A stretch of 64,000 nt of DNA from a virus (Duplodnaviria; Caudoviricetes). Where the stretch lies: the IMG/VR virus record IMGVR_UViG_3300042554_001750; one strand, 5' to 3'. Below, one piece after another: positions 55,241 to 64,000 of the stretch. Both the position numbers and the translations under genes were made by a program. Position 1 is the first letter of the stretch, and each line of letters starts with the position of its first letter. Under the pieces are notes generated by a model, which was not told the origin of the DNA, did not search any database, and saw only the letters and a list, made by a program, of their open reading frames with translations.

Positions 55241-55935
55241 TATTTCTTTCTACCCTGACAATGTGCTCTTTGACTGAATCCTTTTGGATTAGAACAGTTA
55301 ATGCTACGCTTGTATTTTTCAGACCACTTTTCGTTAATTTCTTCTTCGTTGGTCATTGCCATAATACGGCGTTGTCCATGGCGCTTGAACTTATCAGTTT
55401 CTTGCTCATAAGTACCGGGCATCGGTAAGCCTTTACCACCACCGGTGTGAAATTCTTGGTCTGTGCCTTCTTCTACACTTTCAGATTTGTTGCCCCAGTT
55501 GCTAGCACCTTTTTTACGGCACTTAACTAATGCGCCACTAGCATATGCAGAAGGCCATACTTTGTAACGGCTCTTTACTTTGTAGTAGCAAGCATCCTTC
55601 TTTTCATTAATCATTAATTCGCTAAACATTGCCCCACCACAATGTGGACATTTTTCTTCCATTACGCCTTCATTTGATTTTTTCTTAGTAGCAACATTGA
55701 TTGCCTTGCCACTGCGCTCTGGATTAGGATCTTCTCTGCGCTTTTTACTAGCCGCATACTTGCGACCTTTCTTACCCAATGAATGTGCTTTTGCTTGTGG
55801 TAAACATTTTGGCTTACCTTCGCTATCATCACCTCTAGCACATGCGCCACGAATCTTACCATCAGGACCAAATCTTACCCACTTCTCTTTAAACCATTTT
55901 CTAAGATTTTCAGTAATGATTTCATTTGCTCTCAT
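55240..55935 (-). CDS. late tagged modular basic/Cys-containing protein
   Basis: MRANEIITE|; modules LRKWFKEKW.., KKDACYYKVK.., KWSEKYKRSINC.. Confidence 0.8.
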   Translation of the reverse strand: MRANEIITENLRKWFKEKWVRFGPDGKIRGACARGDDSEGKPKCLPQAKAHSLGKKGRKYAASKKRREDPNPERSGKAINVATKKKSNEGVMEEKCPHCGGAMFSELMINEKKDACYYKVKSRYKVWPSAYASGALVKCRKKGASNWGNKSESVEEGTDQEFHTGGGKGLPMPGTYEQETDKFKRHGQRRIMAMTNEEEINEKWSEKYKRSINCSNPKGFSQRAHCQGRKK

Positions 55936-56341
55936 TTTGTAAGCCCTTCATGATAGCACTTTCTTTTGGTACACAATTAGGTACCATTTTGTCACCCTTC
56001 TTTTTCATACCAACTTGCTTATGGGTGTCCCAACATTTCTCATCTAATTTCTCTATTTCAGCTTGATTAGGCACATGTCTTGGCTTGTAATATCTTTGTG
56101 CTTGTCCCGCGCCACCACCAGTAGAATAAATTTGACCTTCGTCTACTTCTAATTCTTTTTTGGTTGCTTTTACAATTCCACTGAATCTTTTGTTTGCTTT
56201 AGCTATTTTTTCTTGGGACTTAGGGTCATCTACATTGCTAAATGCTTCTTTATCTAAACGGCTGGCTTCTGCACCAGCTTTCTTTTTGTAACTTGCTAAT
56301 GTTGCAGGACTTAACTCAAATAAAAATTCAGTAGATTTCAT
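55922..56341 (-). CDS. late tagged modular protein
   Basis: MKSTEFLFE|LSPATLASYKKKA; CWDTHKQVGMKKKGDKMVPNCVPKE. Confidence 0.8.
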   Translation of the reverse strand: MKSTEFLFELSPATLASYKKKAGAEASRLDKEAFSNVDDPKSQEKIAKANKRFSGIVKATKKELEVDEGQIYSTGGGAGQAQRYYKPRHVPNQAEIEKLDEKCWDTHKQVGMKKKGDKMVPNCVPKESAIMKGLQNESK

Positions 56342-56342
56342 A

Positions 56343-57152
56343 TTAGTCCTTTTTTACTTTTTCAGGTAAACCCTTATGCTTTGTGGCAGCAAAATCTTTA
56401 ACATCGCCTTTAGTCATAGATTTAGCAACGCCTTTTAGTTCTTTGCTTGCACCTTTAATTTTTGCACCCTTTTGCATAGCATGTGCCATACCAAAGAATT
56501 TCTGTTGTGCTTTACTGACTGCTTTTTCATTTACCTTTGATTCACCTACGCCTCCACCTGCAATGACACCACCTGTCATTTCTTGCATCATTTTTTCATC
56601 ATAGTATTCTTTTACTGCGTTTAGATAATCATTGGCTTTGATGAGTTTTTCTTGTACCCAACCTTCAATGCCTTCTTCTTCGCTGCGGTTTTGTAGTAAT
56701 TCATAAATTGATTTAGCATTCTTCATTGTTGCTAAAACATCGCTGCGAGCCATTTCAACTTCGTGGTCTACACGACTTTGACCATGCTGTACAAAGCCTG
56801 TTTTACGCTTCATTTTTGTTCCTGGAACAATGATTACATCATCTTCATCTAATTTAGCTTCTTCAACTTTTTTCTTATCATCCTGATGTTGTTTGATTTT
56901 TTCTTCTGTATCTTTTTTCTGCTTGTTAGACTTATCAACATTTTTTTGTAGTTTACTTAAAAAGTCTTTTTTAGCTTCAGAAATACTATTAGCGTATGGG
57001 CCTTTTTTCTTTGCCTTACCAGACATAACCTTTTCTGCTGGTTCAAGACCTTTTACATCAGGTCTTTTTTGTGTTTCGCCCATTGGTTTAGCAACAGTGG
57101 CGACTGCTCCTGCAGTTGTCATTTCATTAATGATAATTTGATTGATTTTCAT
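56343..57152 (-). CDS. late tagged modular protein
   Basis: MKINQIIINE|; DHEVEMARSD..WVQEKL..DYL; AVSKAQQKFFGMA..FAATKHKGLPEKV. Confidence 0.8.
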   Translation of the reverse strand: MKINQIIINEMTTAGAVATVAKPMGETQKRPDVKGLEPAEKVMSGKAKKKGPYANSISEAKKDFLSKLQKNVDKSNKQKKDTEEKIKQHQDDKKKVEEAKLDEDDVIIVPGTKMKRKTGFVQHGQSRVDHEVEMARSDVLATMKNAKSIYELLQNRSEEEGIEGWVQEKLIKANDYLNAVKEYYDEKMMQEMTGGVIAGGGVGESKVNEKAVSKAQQKFFGMAHAMQKGAKIKGASKELKGVAKSMTKGDVKDFAATKHKGLPEKVKKD

Positions 57153-57197
57153 AGTAAAGTTCCGAAATAATATAGTATTTATCAAAATACCATCTAA

Positions 57198-59720
57198 TCA
57201 GAACTTCCCACTGGGTTTGAGTGTTGGGGGTATTCCTGCACGACTAATCTTGTTACCGAACTTTTTAGCGTCTTTTTTCATGGTGTCGGGCTTAATATCT
57301 ACAGTTAATGCTGTTTTGAATCTTGGATCATTCTTTTCTGCGTTGCTAGGAATATATCCTGAAGCACCCTCTGCTACACCTTTATTGGTATTTTCTATTC
57401 GTTTTAATTTGTATGAATTTGATCCAGGTTCTTCTCGTTTTTGTACTGTATATCCTAAACCAGTAGCAAATCGTTGAACTAATCTGTCGTATAGTTTTGT
57501 TCTGCTACCTGTAGGATCATCTTCTTTCACTGCGGAGAAAAATAAACTTGCAGGTTTTTTCTTCTTTATAAACTGTTGTATCGCATGTAATACTGTAGCA
57601 AAGATTCTTTGAGCATCACCTTCGCCGGTTACTGCCTGACTGTTATTTCTATAGAATTCAACCATCCAATTCTTTTTATATTCATTGTTGAACATGATGC
57701 TAAGATTAGTTCCATCTGGTAACTTAGCCAATGCGTCATAGTCTCCGTAGGCACTTTTCTCCCACTTAAGTGGATAGGGTTGGTCAAAGCCTTCATCAAC
57801 TTTAGGTCTATAAGTTCTCCATCCGCCGGGCTGCACACCTACTGGACCTGATGTGTCGGGCATCTCACTAATTGCCCCGCGAAACTGTCTATCTTTTAAT
57901 CCACCATATGGATTGATAGCAGGAGTTTTCTCACCGGCGAATTGCAGTGTCTCGTCTTCCCCTAATCCTCTAACTCTGTCAAAGAAACTAGGAGTAGGTT
58001 TACCTTTTACTTCTCCATGTCTTTGATGTTGACCTGCATAGTCATAGTACTTACCTACAACATCAAATCCATGTGTAAAGAATATAGCAGCTGGTGGAAG
58101 GCTCATCCGTAACATACCCACACGCTGTTTACCTTCTGGTGCTTGTACAACTTTATTGTCACCGTGTTTTACTTTTTGAAGCCATGCATTTGGTTTGAGT
58201 CTTACTAACCATACATAAGGTTGTTCGCTAGCATAAGGCTTATCGTCTTTGAGATAATAACTTAATGGATAAAACCATAATGCTCTGCGCCCTTGTCCGG
58301 TTCCTATATAATCTACATCAAATTTAGGGTCATCAACATCAGGTGTTTGTCCAAACCCTTGTTTGGCACTGAATCCTAATTTATCACTATCCGTAAATCG
58401 TACAAAGTACTCATTGATATTACCGCCATTTTTCTTAACATCGTTGATGATTTGTTGACGAACACTAGGAACCTTTGCTTCGTTGACATTATATGTAGGA
58501 TCAACTTTCTGACGAGGGATGCCTTTAGGTTGTTTAGGATCAAATGGGTCAATATCAGTTGTAGATAGACCTGTCTTTTGTAACGCTTTAATGTATTGAT
58601 GTTCTAAATCTTCATCACCGAATGCCATGACAGTACTAGGAGGTCCCTTACCAAAGTCATGCTTGCCTAAACCCTTCATATTACTAATGTGTTGTCCTAG
58701 TTTGTACCAGTCATACACATCACTAACATCAACTCTTACTGTACCTGCCGGCATTGTTGGTTTAAACTCTGGGCCCGGAGGAGGTCCATTTGGATCATAA
58801 TCTTCGTTTGTTCCGTCAGATGGTTGCCAAACTATATCTGTAGGATTTACTTGATGCTTTTTAACTAAGAAGTTGATAGCGTTATCTAAATTGTTGTATG
58901 GTAAATTTTGTAAAATTTTAGTAAGGCTATATTTACTTAAATCTTTACCTTGCATCCGACGCAAATACAAATCAATTAATTGTTTTGGATCTTTGTATAA
59001 AATATTTTCTTCAATACTTAAATCAATACTATGCAATTTGTCACGCAATTGGTACAGTTTATCAATGTAACCCTGTGTGCGTAGTGCTTTATATGCTAAG
59101 TTTTCGGGACCAAACTCACCACCTTTATCTAAGCCTGCTTTTCTATATCGTTTAATAGTAGTAATAATGTTTTCAATTTGTTCTAGGTCTTTAGATTTTA
59201 ATGCTTTCTTAATAATATGTAGTAGTTTATCGTATTTTTGTTTGGTGATGGTTTGGTCAAAATTTGCTCTGCGTTTTGTTGGAATCTTTAGCCACTTATC
59301 TTGTAAAATGCTATACTCGCCTAAACTGACTACAGGTTCATTGCTGTCTTGTACATATAATTCAACTGGAACTCCGTGTACAGTTATGTCGTGGCTATCA
59401 TTATATAAATTCTTTTTTGCTGTGAAAAGTTCTTTGTAAACTTCATTATCGGGAAGCTTACTCATATCTACTAATATATGTAAATCTAAATCGCTATGTT
59501 TTGTGTATGTATATGCGGCGTTTGAGCCTGAAATTGTAATATCTTTTACATCTAAATCTTTTATTCCCAATTCATCAATAAAATCTTTAGCGATTAAAAT
59601 TAACTGGTTTTTTACTTCAGGATGTAATTTATTGTTCTCATCCCATAGGTTTTGATTCAATTCATCATGAAAAAAGATGGCGTCGCTTAATTTGAAAGAT
59701 TCCAGTGTTTTAATGTCCAT
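57198..59720 (-). CDS. modular polyprotein with N-terminal Pol-beta-type nucleotidyltransferase
   Basis: ISGSNAAYTY..SDLDLHIL..VELYVQD; modules bounded by EE/NE/GE/SE/DE/AE. Confidence 0.8.
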   Translation of the reverse strand: MDIKTLESFKLSDAIFFHDELNQNLWDENNKLHPEVKNQLILIAKDFIDELGIKDLDVKDITISGSNAAYTYTKHSDLDLHILVDMSKLPDNEVYKELFTAKKNLYNDSHDITVHGVPVELYVQDSNEPVVSLGEYSILQDKWLKIPTKRRANFDQTITKQKYDKLLHIIKKALKSKDLEQIENIITTIKRYRKAGLDKGGEFGPENLAYKALRTQGYIDKLYQLRDKLHSIDLSIEENILYKDPKQLIDLYLRRMQGKDLSKYSLTKILQNLPYNNLDNAINFLVKKHQVNPTDIVWQPSDGTNEDYDPNGPPPGPEFKPTMPAGTVRVDVSDVYDWYKLGQHISNMKGLGKHDFGKGPPSTVMAFGDEDLEHQYIKALQKTGLSTTDIDPFDPKQPKGIPRQKVDPTYNVNEAKVPSVRQQIINDVKKNGGNINEYFVRFTDSDKLGFSAKQGFGQTPDVDDPKFDVDYIGTGQGRRALWFYPLSYYLKDDKPYASEQPYVWLVRLKPNAWLQKVKHGDNKVVQAPEGKQRVGMLRMSLPPAAIFFTHGFDVVGKYYDYAGQHQRHGEVKGKPTPSFFDRVRGLGEDETLQFAGEKTPAINPYGGLKDRQFRGAISEMPDTSGPVGVQPGGWRTYRPKVDEGFDQPYPLKWEKSAYGDYDALAKLPDGTNLSIMFNNEYKKNWMVEFYRNNSQAVTGEGDAQRIFATVLHAIQQFIKKKKPASLFFSAVKEDDPTGSRTKLYDRLVQRFATGLGYTVQKREEPGSNSYKLKRIENTNKGVAEGASGYIPSNAEKNDPRFKTALTVDIKPDTMKKDAKKFGNKISRAGIPPTLKPSGKF

Positions 59721-59730
59721 AAAGTATTTA

Positions 59731-59826
59731 TTACTTTTTTGGATCTTTGTTTTCTTTGACGGGGACTGGAATAGGATTTGGTCTGTATGGAGGATTTTTT
59801 GGAGGTCTATGTCTAAACCAACTCAT
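59731..59826 (-). CDS. 31-aa Pro-rich peptide (not in ORF track)
   Basis: MSWFRHRPPKNPPYRPNPIPVPVKENKDPKK; ATAAATA 5 nt upstream. Confidence 0.5.
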   Translation of the reverse strand: MSWFRHRPPKNPPYRPNPIPVPVKENKDPKK

Positions 59827-59848
59827 AAAAATATTTATCGTAGCCAAT

Positions 59849-59875
59849 AAAAAAGCCCCTTTCGGGGCTTTTATT
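59849..59875 (-). terminator. intrinsic terminator
   Basis: AAAAGCCCC-GAAA-GGGGCTTTTTT. Confidence 0.88.
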
Positions 59876-60767
59876 ACTGAGCGATTTCGTTGCCGTTTTG
59901 ATCAACTAATTTCATACCCTTGTTTCGCTGTTCCTGCATCCACATGGGTCCAACAGTATTCAACAAATGTTGTTGATTTTCCATGCAGAAAACATAAGAA
60001 CCTGAATGGCGTAGTAATACTCGCTTGTCTACCCAAATCTTACCACCAAGATCACGCCAATTTTCACAGAATGTCCAGTCCTCTGAATAATAACGGTTCT
60101 GACGAACTGCGGTATCAAAGTAGGTCTTCAAGTGTTGATCGTACTTGGGATCTAAGCCGATATCGTTCTTGTATTGCTTAACTGCAGGGTGAGTCTTAAG
60201 CTTTTCAAATACATGTCGCTTCATTAACAAGAAGCCCGTACCAGCTTTTGATACTTCCTGCAATCCATCAGGACCTTCTTCCGCACCCTCAAATCCATTG
60301 ACAACCCACTTGATGGGCATAGTCTTCATTGGATAAAGGCCTGCCATTACATCCTTGTCACGGTTCAATAGAACTAACAAGTGCCATGGTTCCCAACCAA
60401 TATCAGCGTCAACAAAGAACAAGTGAGTAGCATCGGGCATATCCAAGTATTTGGCAGTTAATGTATTACGGGCACGTGAAATTAATGATTCATTAACCAT
60501 TGTTTCTAATGTCCAATCAATGCCAAGTTGACGGGCAGTATTTGCCCACTTGATGAAACTCATAAATGTAGATTCAGTTAGCATACCACCATAGCAGGGC
60601 ATTGCTATATGTACTTTAGTAGTGCGCAAGTAATCTACATTAACCTGAACCTGCCCTTGGGTGTTTTCGGCAGGCTGTTGTGGTTGTTGTGCTTGTTCAG
60701 CTAGTTCTTGAACCTGTTCAACAGGTACAGTTGCAGCTTCGGTTTTCTTTGACTTTTTTGTTGCCAT
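59874..60767 (-). CDS. GT-A (family 2-like) glycosyltransferase
   Basis: IAMPCYGG, ESLISRARN, FFVDADIGW, GTGFLL, YYSEDWTFC. Confidence 0.85.
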   Translation of the reverse strand: MATKKSKKTEAATVPVEQVQELAEQAQQPQQPAENTQGQVQVNVDYLRTTKVHIAMPCYGGMLTESTFMSFIKWANTARQLGIDWTLETMVNESLISRARNTLTAKYLDMPDATHLFFVDADIGWEPWHLLVLLNRDKDVMAGLYPMKTMPIKWVVNGFEGAEEGPDGLQEVSKAGTGFLLMKRHVFEKLKTHPAVKQYKNDIGLDPKYDQHLKTYFDTAVRQNRYYSEDWTFCENWRDLGGKIWVDKRVLLRHSGSYVFCMENQQHLLNTVGPMWMQEQRNKGMKLVDQNGNEIAQ

Positions 60768-60818
60768 GTATTCCTCTTAAAAATATAAGATTATTTACAT
60801 GGTATAACGGTGATCAAA

Positions 60819-61865
60819 TTATTTTTCTTCTAGATAATCTAGATTTTCACTTTCAGTTATAGCAGCGATGCCCACGCCTACCCCTGCACTTGCTAATGTG
60901 TATTTGATTGTATCTTTCCAATTTTTACCATTAATGCGTGACACTAATGTTGGAATAACAGTATTAAGTATTCCTTGTAGTGCTAGATTAGTCTGTTGTG
61001 GATTTAGTCCCATACTTTGTGCAGAATTTAACACACCACCTGCTAATAATGCACCGACTGTTGTAATAATGCCACCTTGCAAGTATGGGTTCTCTTTGCC
61101 CTTTTTAAGTATGTCTAGTACTTTTCTTCTGATCGTAGGATCATCAGTCTTACTTAATAATTCACGTGCCTGATCAACATAATCAGGCACTTTTTCTTTT
61201 TGTACATCAGCTATAACTGGCTTATAGAAATCAATTACTGCGTTCGCTACTGGACTTGTTTCTTTATCTTCCGCCACATCTTGTGCGCCCATAACCTGAT
61301 CAAACATACCAACAACTGTTTGTGCTAATTTAGGATTCTTTTGTGCAGCAGGATACAAACTCATAACAAGTGCTGTCTTGCGTTTGTCATTCAATGTAGG
61401 CCATGCCTTGCGAATTTCTGTAGCACTCTTGATGCCGGGTCCAAATGTCACAGTGGGTAAATATGCCATGTAAGCATGTTTACTAAATGGTTGTAAATCT
61501 TTTCCTGTATATGGTTGAAAGTAAGCTGGGCTACCATCTTTCTTTGTTCCGCCAGGCTGTGGAGCTTCATTTCTATCTTTTTCACTGCGAACAAATATTA
61601 GTACATCTTCGTCGGGATTATAATTGCTTGTGATTTCTTTTGCCTGAAATGGACTCTTAACTTGAACAAATCTTCCTGGTGCTACACCTGCTAACTTAGC
61701 TAATTTTTCTTTTAGTGCGAAGGGAAAAGGTCTTTCGCTTTGATCGTTTGTAGCAGCTACATATACATCAGCATTTGGAAATGCTTTTAATGCAGACTGG
61801 TATAACGCATAGTGTCCTGCGTGAAATGGATGAAACCCACCTGGCATTATAACAATCTGTTTCAT
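60819..61865 (-). CDS. HxGH nucleotidyltransferase-superfamily protein with C-terminal extension
   Basis: PGGFHPFHAGH; SATEIR. Confidence 0.8.
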   Translation of the reverse strand: MKQIVIMPGGFHPFHAGHYALYQSALKAFPNADVYVAATNDQSERPFPFALKEKLAKLAGVAPGRFVQVKSPFQAKEITSNYNPDEDVLIFVRSEKDRNEAPQPGGTKKDGSPAYFQPYTGKDLQPFSKHAYMAYLPTVTFGPGIKSATEIRKAWPTLNDKRKTALVMSLYPAAQKNPKLAQTVVGMFDQVMGAQDVAEDKETSPVANAVIDFYKPVIADVQKEKVPDYVDQARELLSKTDDPTIRRKVLDILKKGKENPYLQGGIITTVGALLAGGVLNSAQSMGLNPQQTNLALQGILNTVIPTLVSRINGKNWKDTIKYTLASAGVGVGIAAITESENLDYLEEK

Positions 61866-61866
61866 A

Positions 61867-62253
61867 TTAATAACTCAATTTAACGAATTGAAGGGTACCG
61901 TTATTAAACCCTTCTAACTTTGCTCTCATATACACGAAATTGCCTTCAATGTTTGTATAAACACTGGCATTGCTTGCTAATTGGGGAGCACTATTCGGTG
62001 TGGCATTTGCGTCAGCAACTAATTCATAGACTTTAAACCAGTCGTCAGCAGTTGGGCTTGTGGCTAAACTAGCCTGGATCACAATGTTACCAGTTAAATT
62101 TGTACATTTAATGTTAACAGTTTGTAAATCTCTGTTACCGAGATAATAAGCGGCTGCAGGCTGGCTATTACCAGTAACGGTATAGGGAGCACCGTTACCT
62201 GGATTGACATATGAGGTCTCGGGCAAAAGTATTAATGTAGTTGACTGTGGCAT
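61867..62253 (-). CDS. beta-rich late protein, probably structural
   Basis: GNIVIQASLA..DWF..NIEGNFVYMRAK. Confidence 0.6.
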   Translation of the reverse strand: MPQSTTLILLPETSYVNPGNGAPYTVTGNSQPAAAYYLGNRDLQTVNIKCTNLTGNIVIQASLATSPTADDWFKVYELVADANATPNSAPQLASNASVYTNIEGNFVYMRAKLEGFNNGTLQFVKLSY

Positions 62254-62423
62254 TATTCAGCCCCCACAACCTCAACAATAACACCCTCACCTACTAATTC
62301 TTGGGCTACTTGTTCTAATGCTTGCTGGATATCGCGGTTAGCGAGAACTTTTACATCAGCCTCGCTATCCTTAACAATCTTACTAAATTTTACTACTAGA
62401 ACATCTTCTACAATTTTAGCCAT
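62253..62423 (-). CDS. 56-aa protein (not in ORF track)
   Basis: MAKIVEDVLVVKFSKIVKD..VEVVGAE; GGAG SD; TAATG coupling. Confidence 0.7.
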   Translation of the reverse strand: MAKIVEDVLVVKFSKIVKDSEADVKVLANRDIQQALEQVAQELVGEGVIVEVVGAE

Positions 62424-62453
62424 AAATACTCCATTATTAGAGTATTTATCATT

Positions 62454-63173
62454 TTATTCTGTATCTGGTCGCTTTTCTAGTTTGTACTTTCTTCCCAAAA
62501 GATCACCGTGCATTATGGCTAGATAACTAAGTGTGGATTCATCGTCATAATCAATGAAATACGCAGAGCTTAGGTAAAAGCTTTTCCATCTACTTATGTT
62601 ATCTAATCCAAATAACCACTTTTCCAATGCCCTGCTTGGATTTAAGCTTTTATTGTTTGAAAGTAGACTTCCCAAATCATTATAGATACTGTTCTCAATT
62701 CTTTTGGATTTAAGATAAACGCGGTACTTATGTGGGGGATCACCTACAAAATACTTAGTCCCCTTGTATTCAGCACAAACAGCTTCTGTAAAGTCTACAT
62801 TATTAGCCCAAGTTTTTATATCTTGCAAAAACTGTAAATCATTACTAAATATCGCGGCTGTTTCACCCTCAATTCTTATGGAAGCATTTTTATTTTTCTT
62901 AAGATTGTTTTTAAGATCAATAAATTTTTCCATAGTGGGTGACATGTTAAGCATTTCTACTTTTTCTTGAGGGGTATAAGTACGACTCCATGTTTTACCA
63001 TTCCTTACTTTGTCTCGCCACTCGTCAATGGTTTTGACCCAATAAGTAAATCTAACTCCAGGTAATACAACCCTGGCTCGGTACTTAAATTTATTAAAAT
63101 AATCCATGTCTCGGTATTCATAATAATGAATACCGGGCACGTTATCAACTGACCTCAATAATCCCATCTTCAT
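62454..63173 (-). CDS. hypothetical protein
   Basis: ORF track; overlaps clpA end. Confidence 0.65.
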   Translation of the reverse strand: MKMGLLRSVDNVPGIHYYEYRDMDYFNKFKYRARVVLPGVRFTYWVKTIDEWRDKVRNGKTWSRTYTPQEKVEMLNMSPTMEKFIDLKNNLKKNKNASIRIEGETAAIFSNDLQFLQDIKTWANNVDFTEAVCAEYKGTKYFVGDPPHKYRVYLKSKRIENSIYNDLGSLLSNNKSLNPSRALEKWLFGLDNISRWKSFYLSSAYFIDYDDESTLSYLAIMHGDLLGRKYKLEKRPDTE

Positions 63174-64000
63174 TCACCTTCGCTGTCATTTTATTACTTA
63201 CAACGAATTCTACAGTATCGTTAGCAAGATTAACAACAATATTGGCATTTTTGATTTGTTCAAAGAGAATTTTCTTACTCAATGGAACACGAATCAATTC
63301 GTCAATTTTTCTTGCTAACGGACGAGCGCCCATCTTTTTGTCATATCCTTTATCAGCGAGGTACTCAACAACTGATTCGGTAAGAGTCAAGGTAATGTTA
63401 TGCTTTTCAACTAAGGACTTCTTAAGGTCTTCAGTAAACTTAATAACAATCTTCTTAATAGAAAGCATATCCAACTTGTTAAACTTACAAACCAAATCAA
63501 GACGGTTTCTGAATTCAGGCTTGAAGAATTCTTTCAATGCTTTGTCATCTTCACCAATTTTATCTTGGCTACCAAAACCAATATTCAACCGTTCACCATC
63601 GGCACTACCCAAATTACTGGTCATGATAATGATAGTATTCTTGCAACTGACCTTTTTACCATTACTCCCTGTGATAGTACCTTCATCAAGCATTTGTAAG
63701 AAGATGTTAAAGATATCAGGGTGCGCCTTCTCAACTTCGTCAAACAGCATGATAGCATGTGGATTCTTGCTCAAGTCTGAAATCAAACGACCACCTTGAA
63801 CTTGACTGTCTCCGAAGCCAACATAGCCAGGAGGAGGTCCGATCAATGAACTGACAGAGTGCTTTTCGCTGTATTCTGACATATCATACTTGAGCAACGG
63901 CATGTCAAGATTTTTACCCAACAACTTTGCAAGTTCAGTTTTACCTGTACCCGTTGGGCCCAAGAACAAGAAGCTTGCAGTAGGCTTAGTGTCATTACCG
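63145..64000 (-). CDS. clpA: ClpA-like AAA+ ATPase, C-terminal part (5' outside window)
   Basis: [66 protein letters not shown]. Confidence 0.93.
   Translation of the reverse strand, partial: GNDTKPTASFLFLGPTGTGKTELAKLLGKNLDMPLLKYDMSEYSEKHSVSSLIGPPPGYVGFGDSQVQGGRLISDLSKNPHAIMLFDEVEKAHPDIFNIFLQMLDEGTITGSNGKKVSCKNTIIIMTSNLGSADGERLNIGFGSQDKIGEDDKALKEFFKPEFRNRLDLVCKFNKLDMLSIKKIVIKFTEDLKKSLVEKHNITLTLTESVVEYLADKGYDKKMGARPLARKIDELIRVPLSKKILFEQIKNANIVVNLANDTVEFVVSNKMTAKVNEDGIIEVS

Noticed and set aside
59747-60181. 144-aa plus-strand ORF spanning the terminator
   Set aside because: Crosses a terminator and lies antisense to the GT-A gene; no coding signals
380-63799. Most plus-strand ORFs in the track (e.g. 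5299-5640, 7658-8104, 16014-16577, 48124-48555, 63242-63799)
   Set aside because: They are antisense shadows of well-supported minus-strand genes, with no SD or recognisable motifs
1-64000. Bacterial chromosome origin (dnaK, clp genes, folE, guaC, rpsU)
   Set aside because: Host-like genes are interspersed with rIIA/B, T4-type RNase H, clamp, family B polymerase and TAAATA late promoters, and lack their normal operon partners (tig/lon, dnaJ/grpE, dnaG)
1-64000. CRISPR array, tRNA or rRNA genes
   Set aside because: No regularly spaced repeats or T-loop/cloverleaf signatures seen by eye; a tRNAscan/CRISPR scan was not possible

Overview
This window is best read as part of a very large T4-like (myovirus-type) phage genome rather than a bacterial chromosome. 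Almost all genes are on the minus strand. T4-type genes (rIIA/rIIB, RNase H, ATP-dependent ligase, gp45-like clamp, family B polymerase, DsbA-like protein) sit beside host-like genes whose sequences look betaproteobacterial (dnaK, clpP/X/S/A, hsp20, rpsU, folE, guaC, dadA, dps, tilS-like). Two promoter classes are visible: sigma70 early promoters (GGTTGACAATAA..17 nt..TATAAT) and T4-like late promoters (TAAATA). Main points of interest: (1) a 7-deazaguanine DNA-modification region (folE, queD, queE, DpdL-like T-fold, TGT/DpdA-like) with no queC in the window, interleaved with two GT-B glycosyltransferases, a sugar epimerase and a flavin amino-acid dehydrogenase; (2) a pseudoknot riboswitch candidate in front of queD; (3) matching ROSE-like RNA thermometers in front of hsp20 and dnaK; (4) late proteins with T4 internal-protein-like N-terminal tags (e.g. 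MRAxEFITE) built as Glu-delimited modules carrying enzyme domains; (5) many late genes that appear leaderless; (6) an unexplained structured RNA at 53.46-53.56 kb. No CRISPR array, tRNA or intron was found by eye. All functional calls come from motif recognition only; no database search was run. Several start codons were moved from the ORF track to better-supported internal ATGs.
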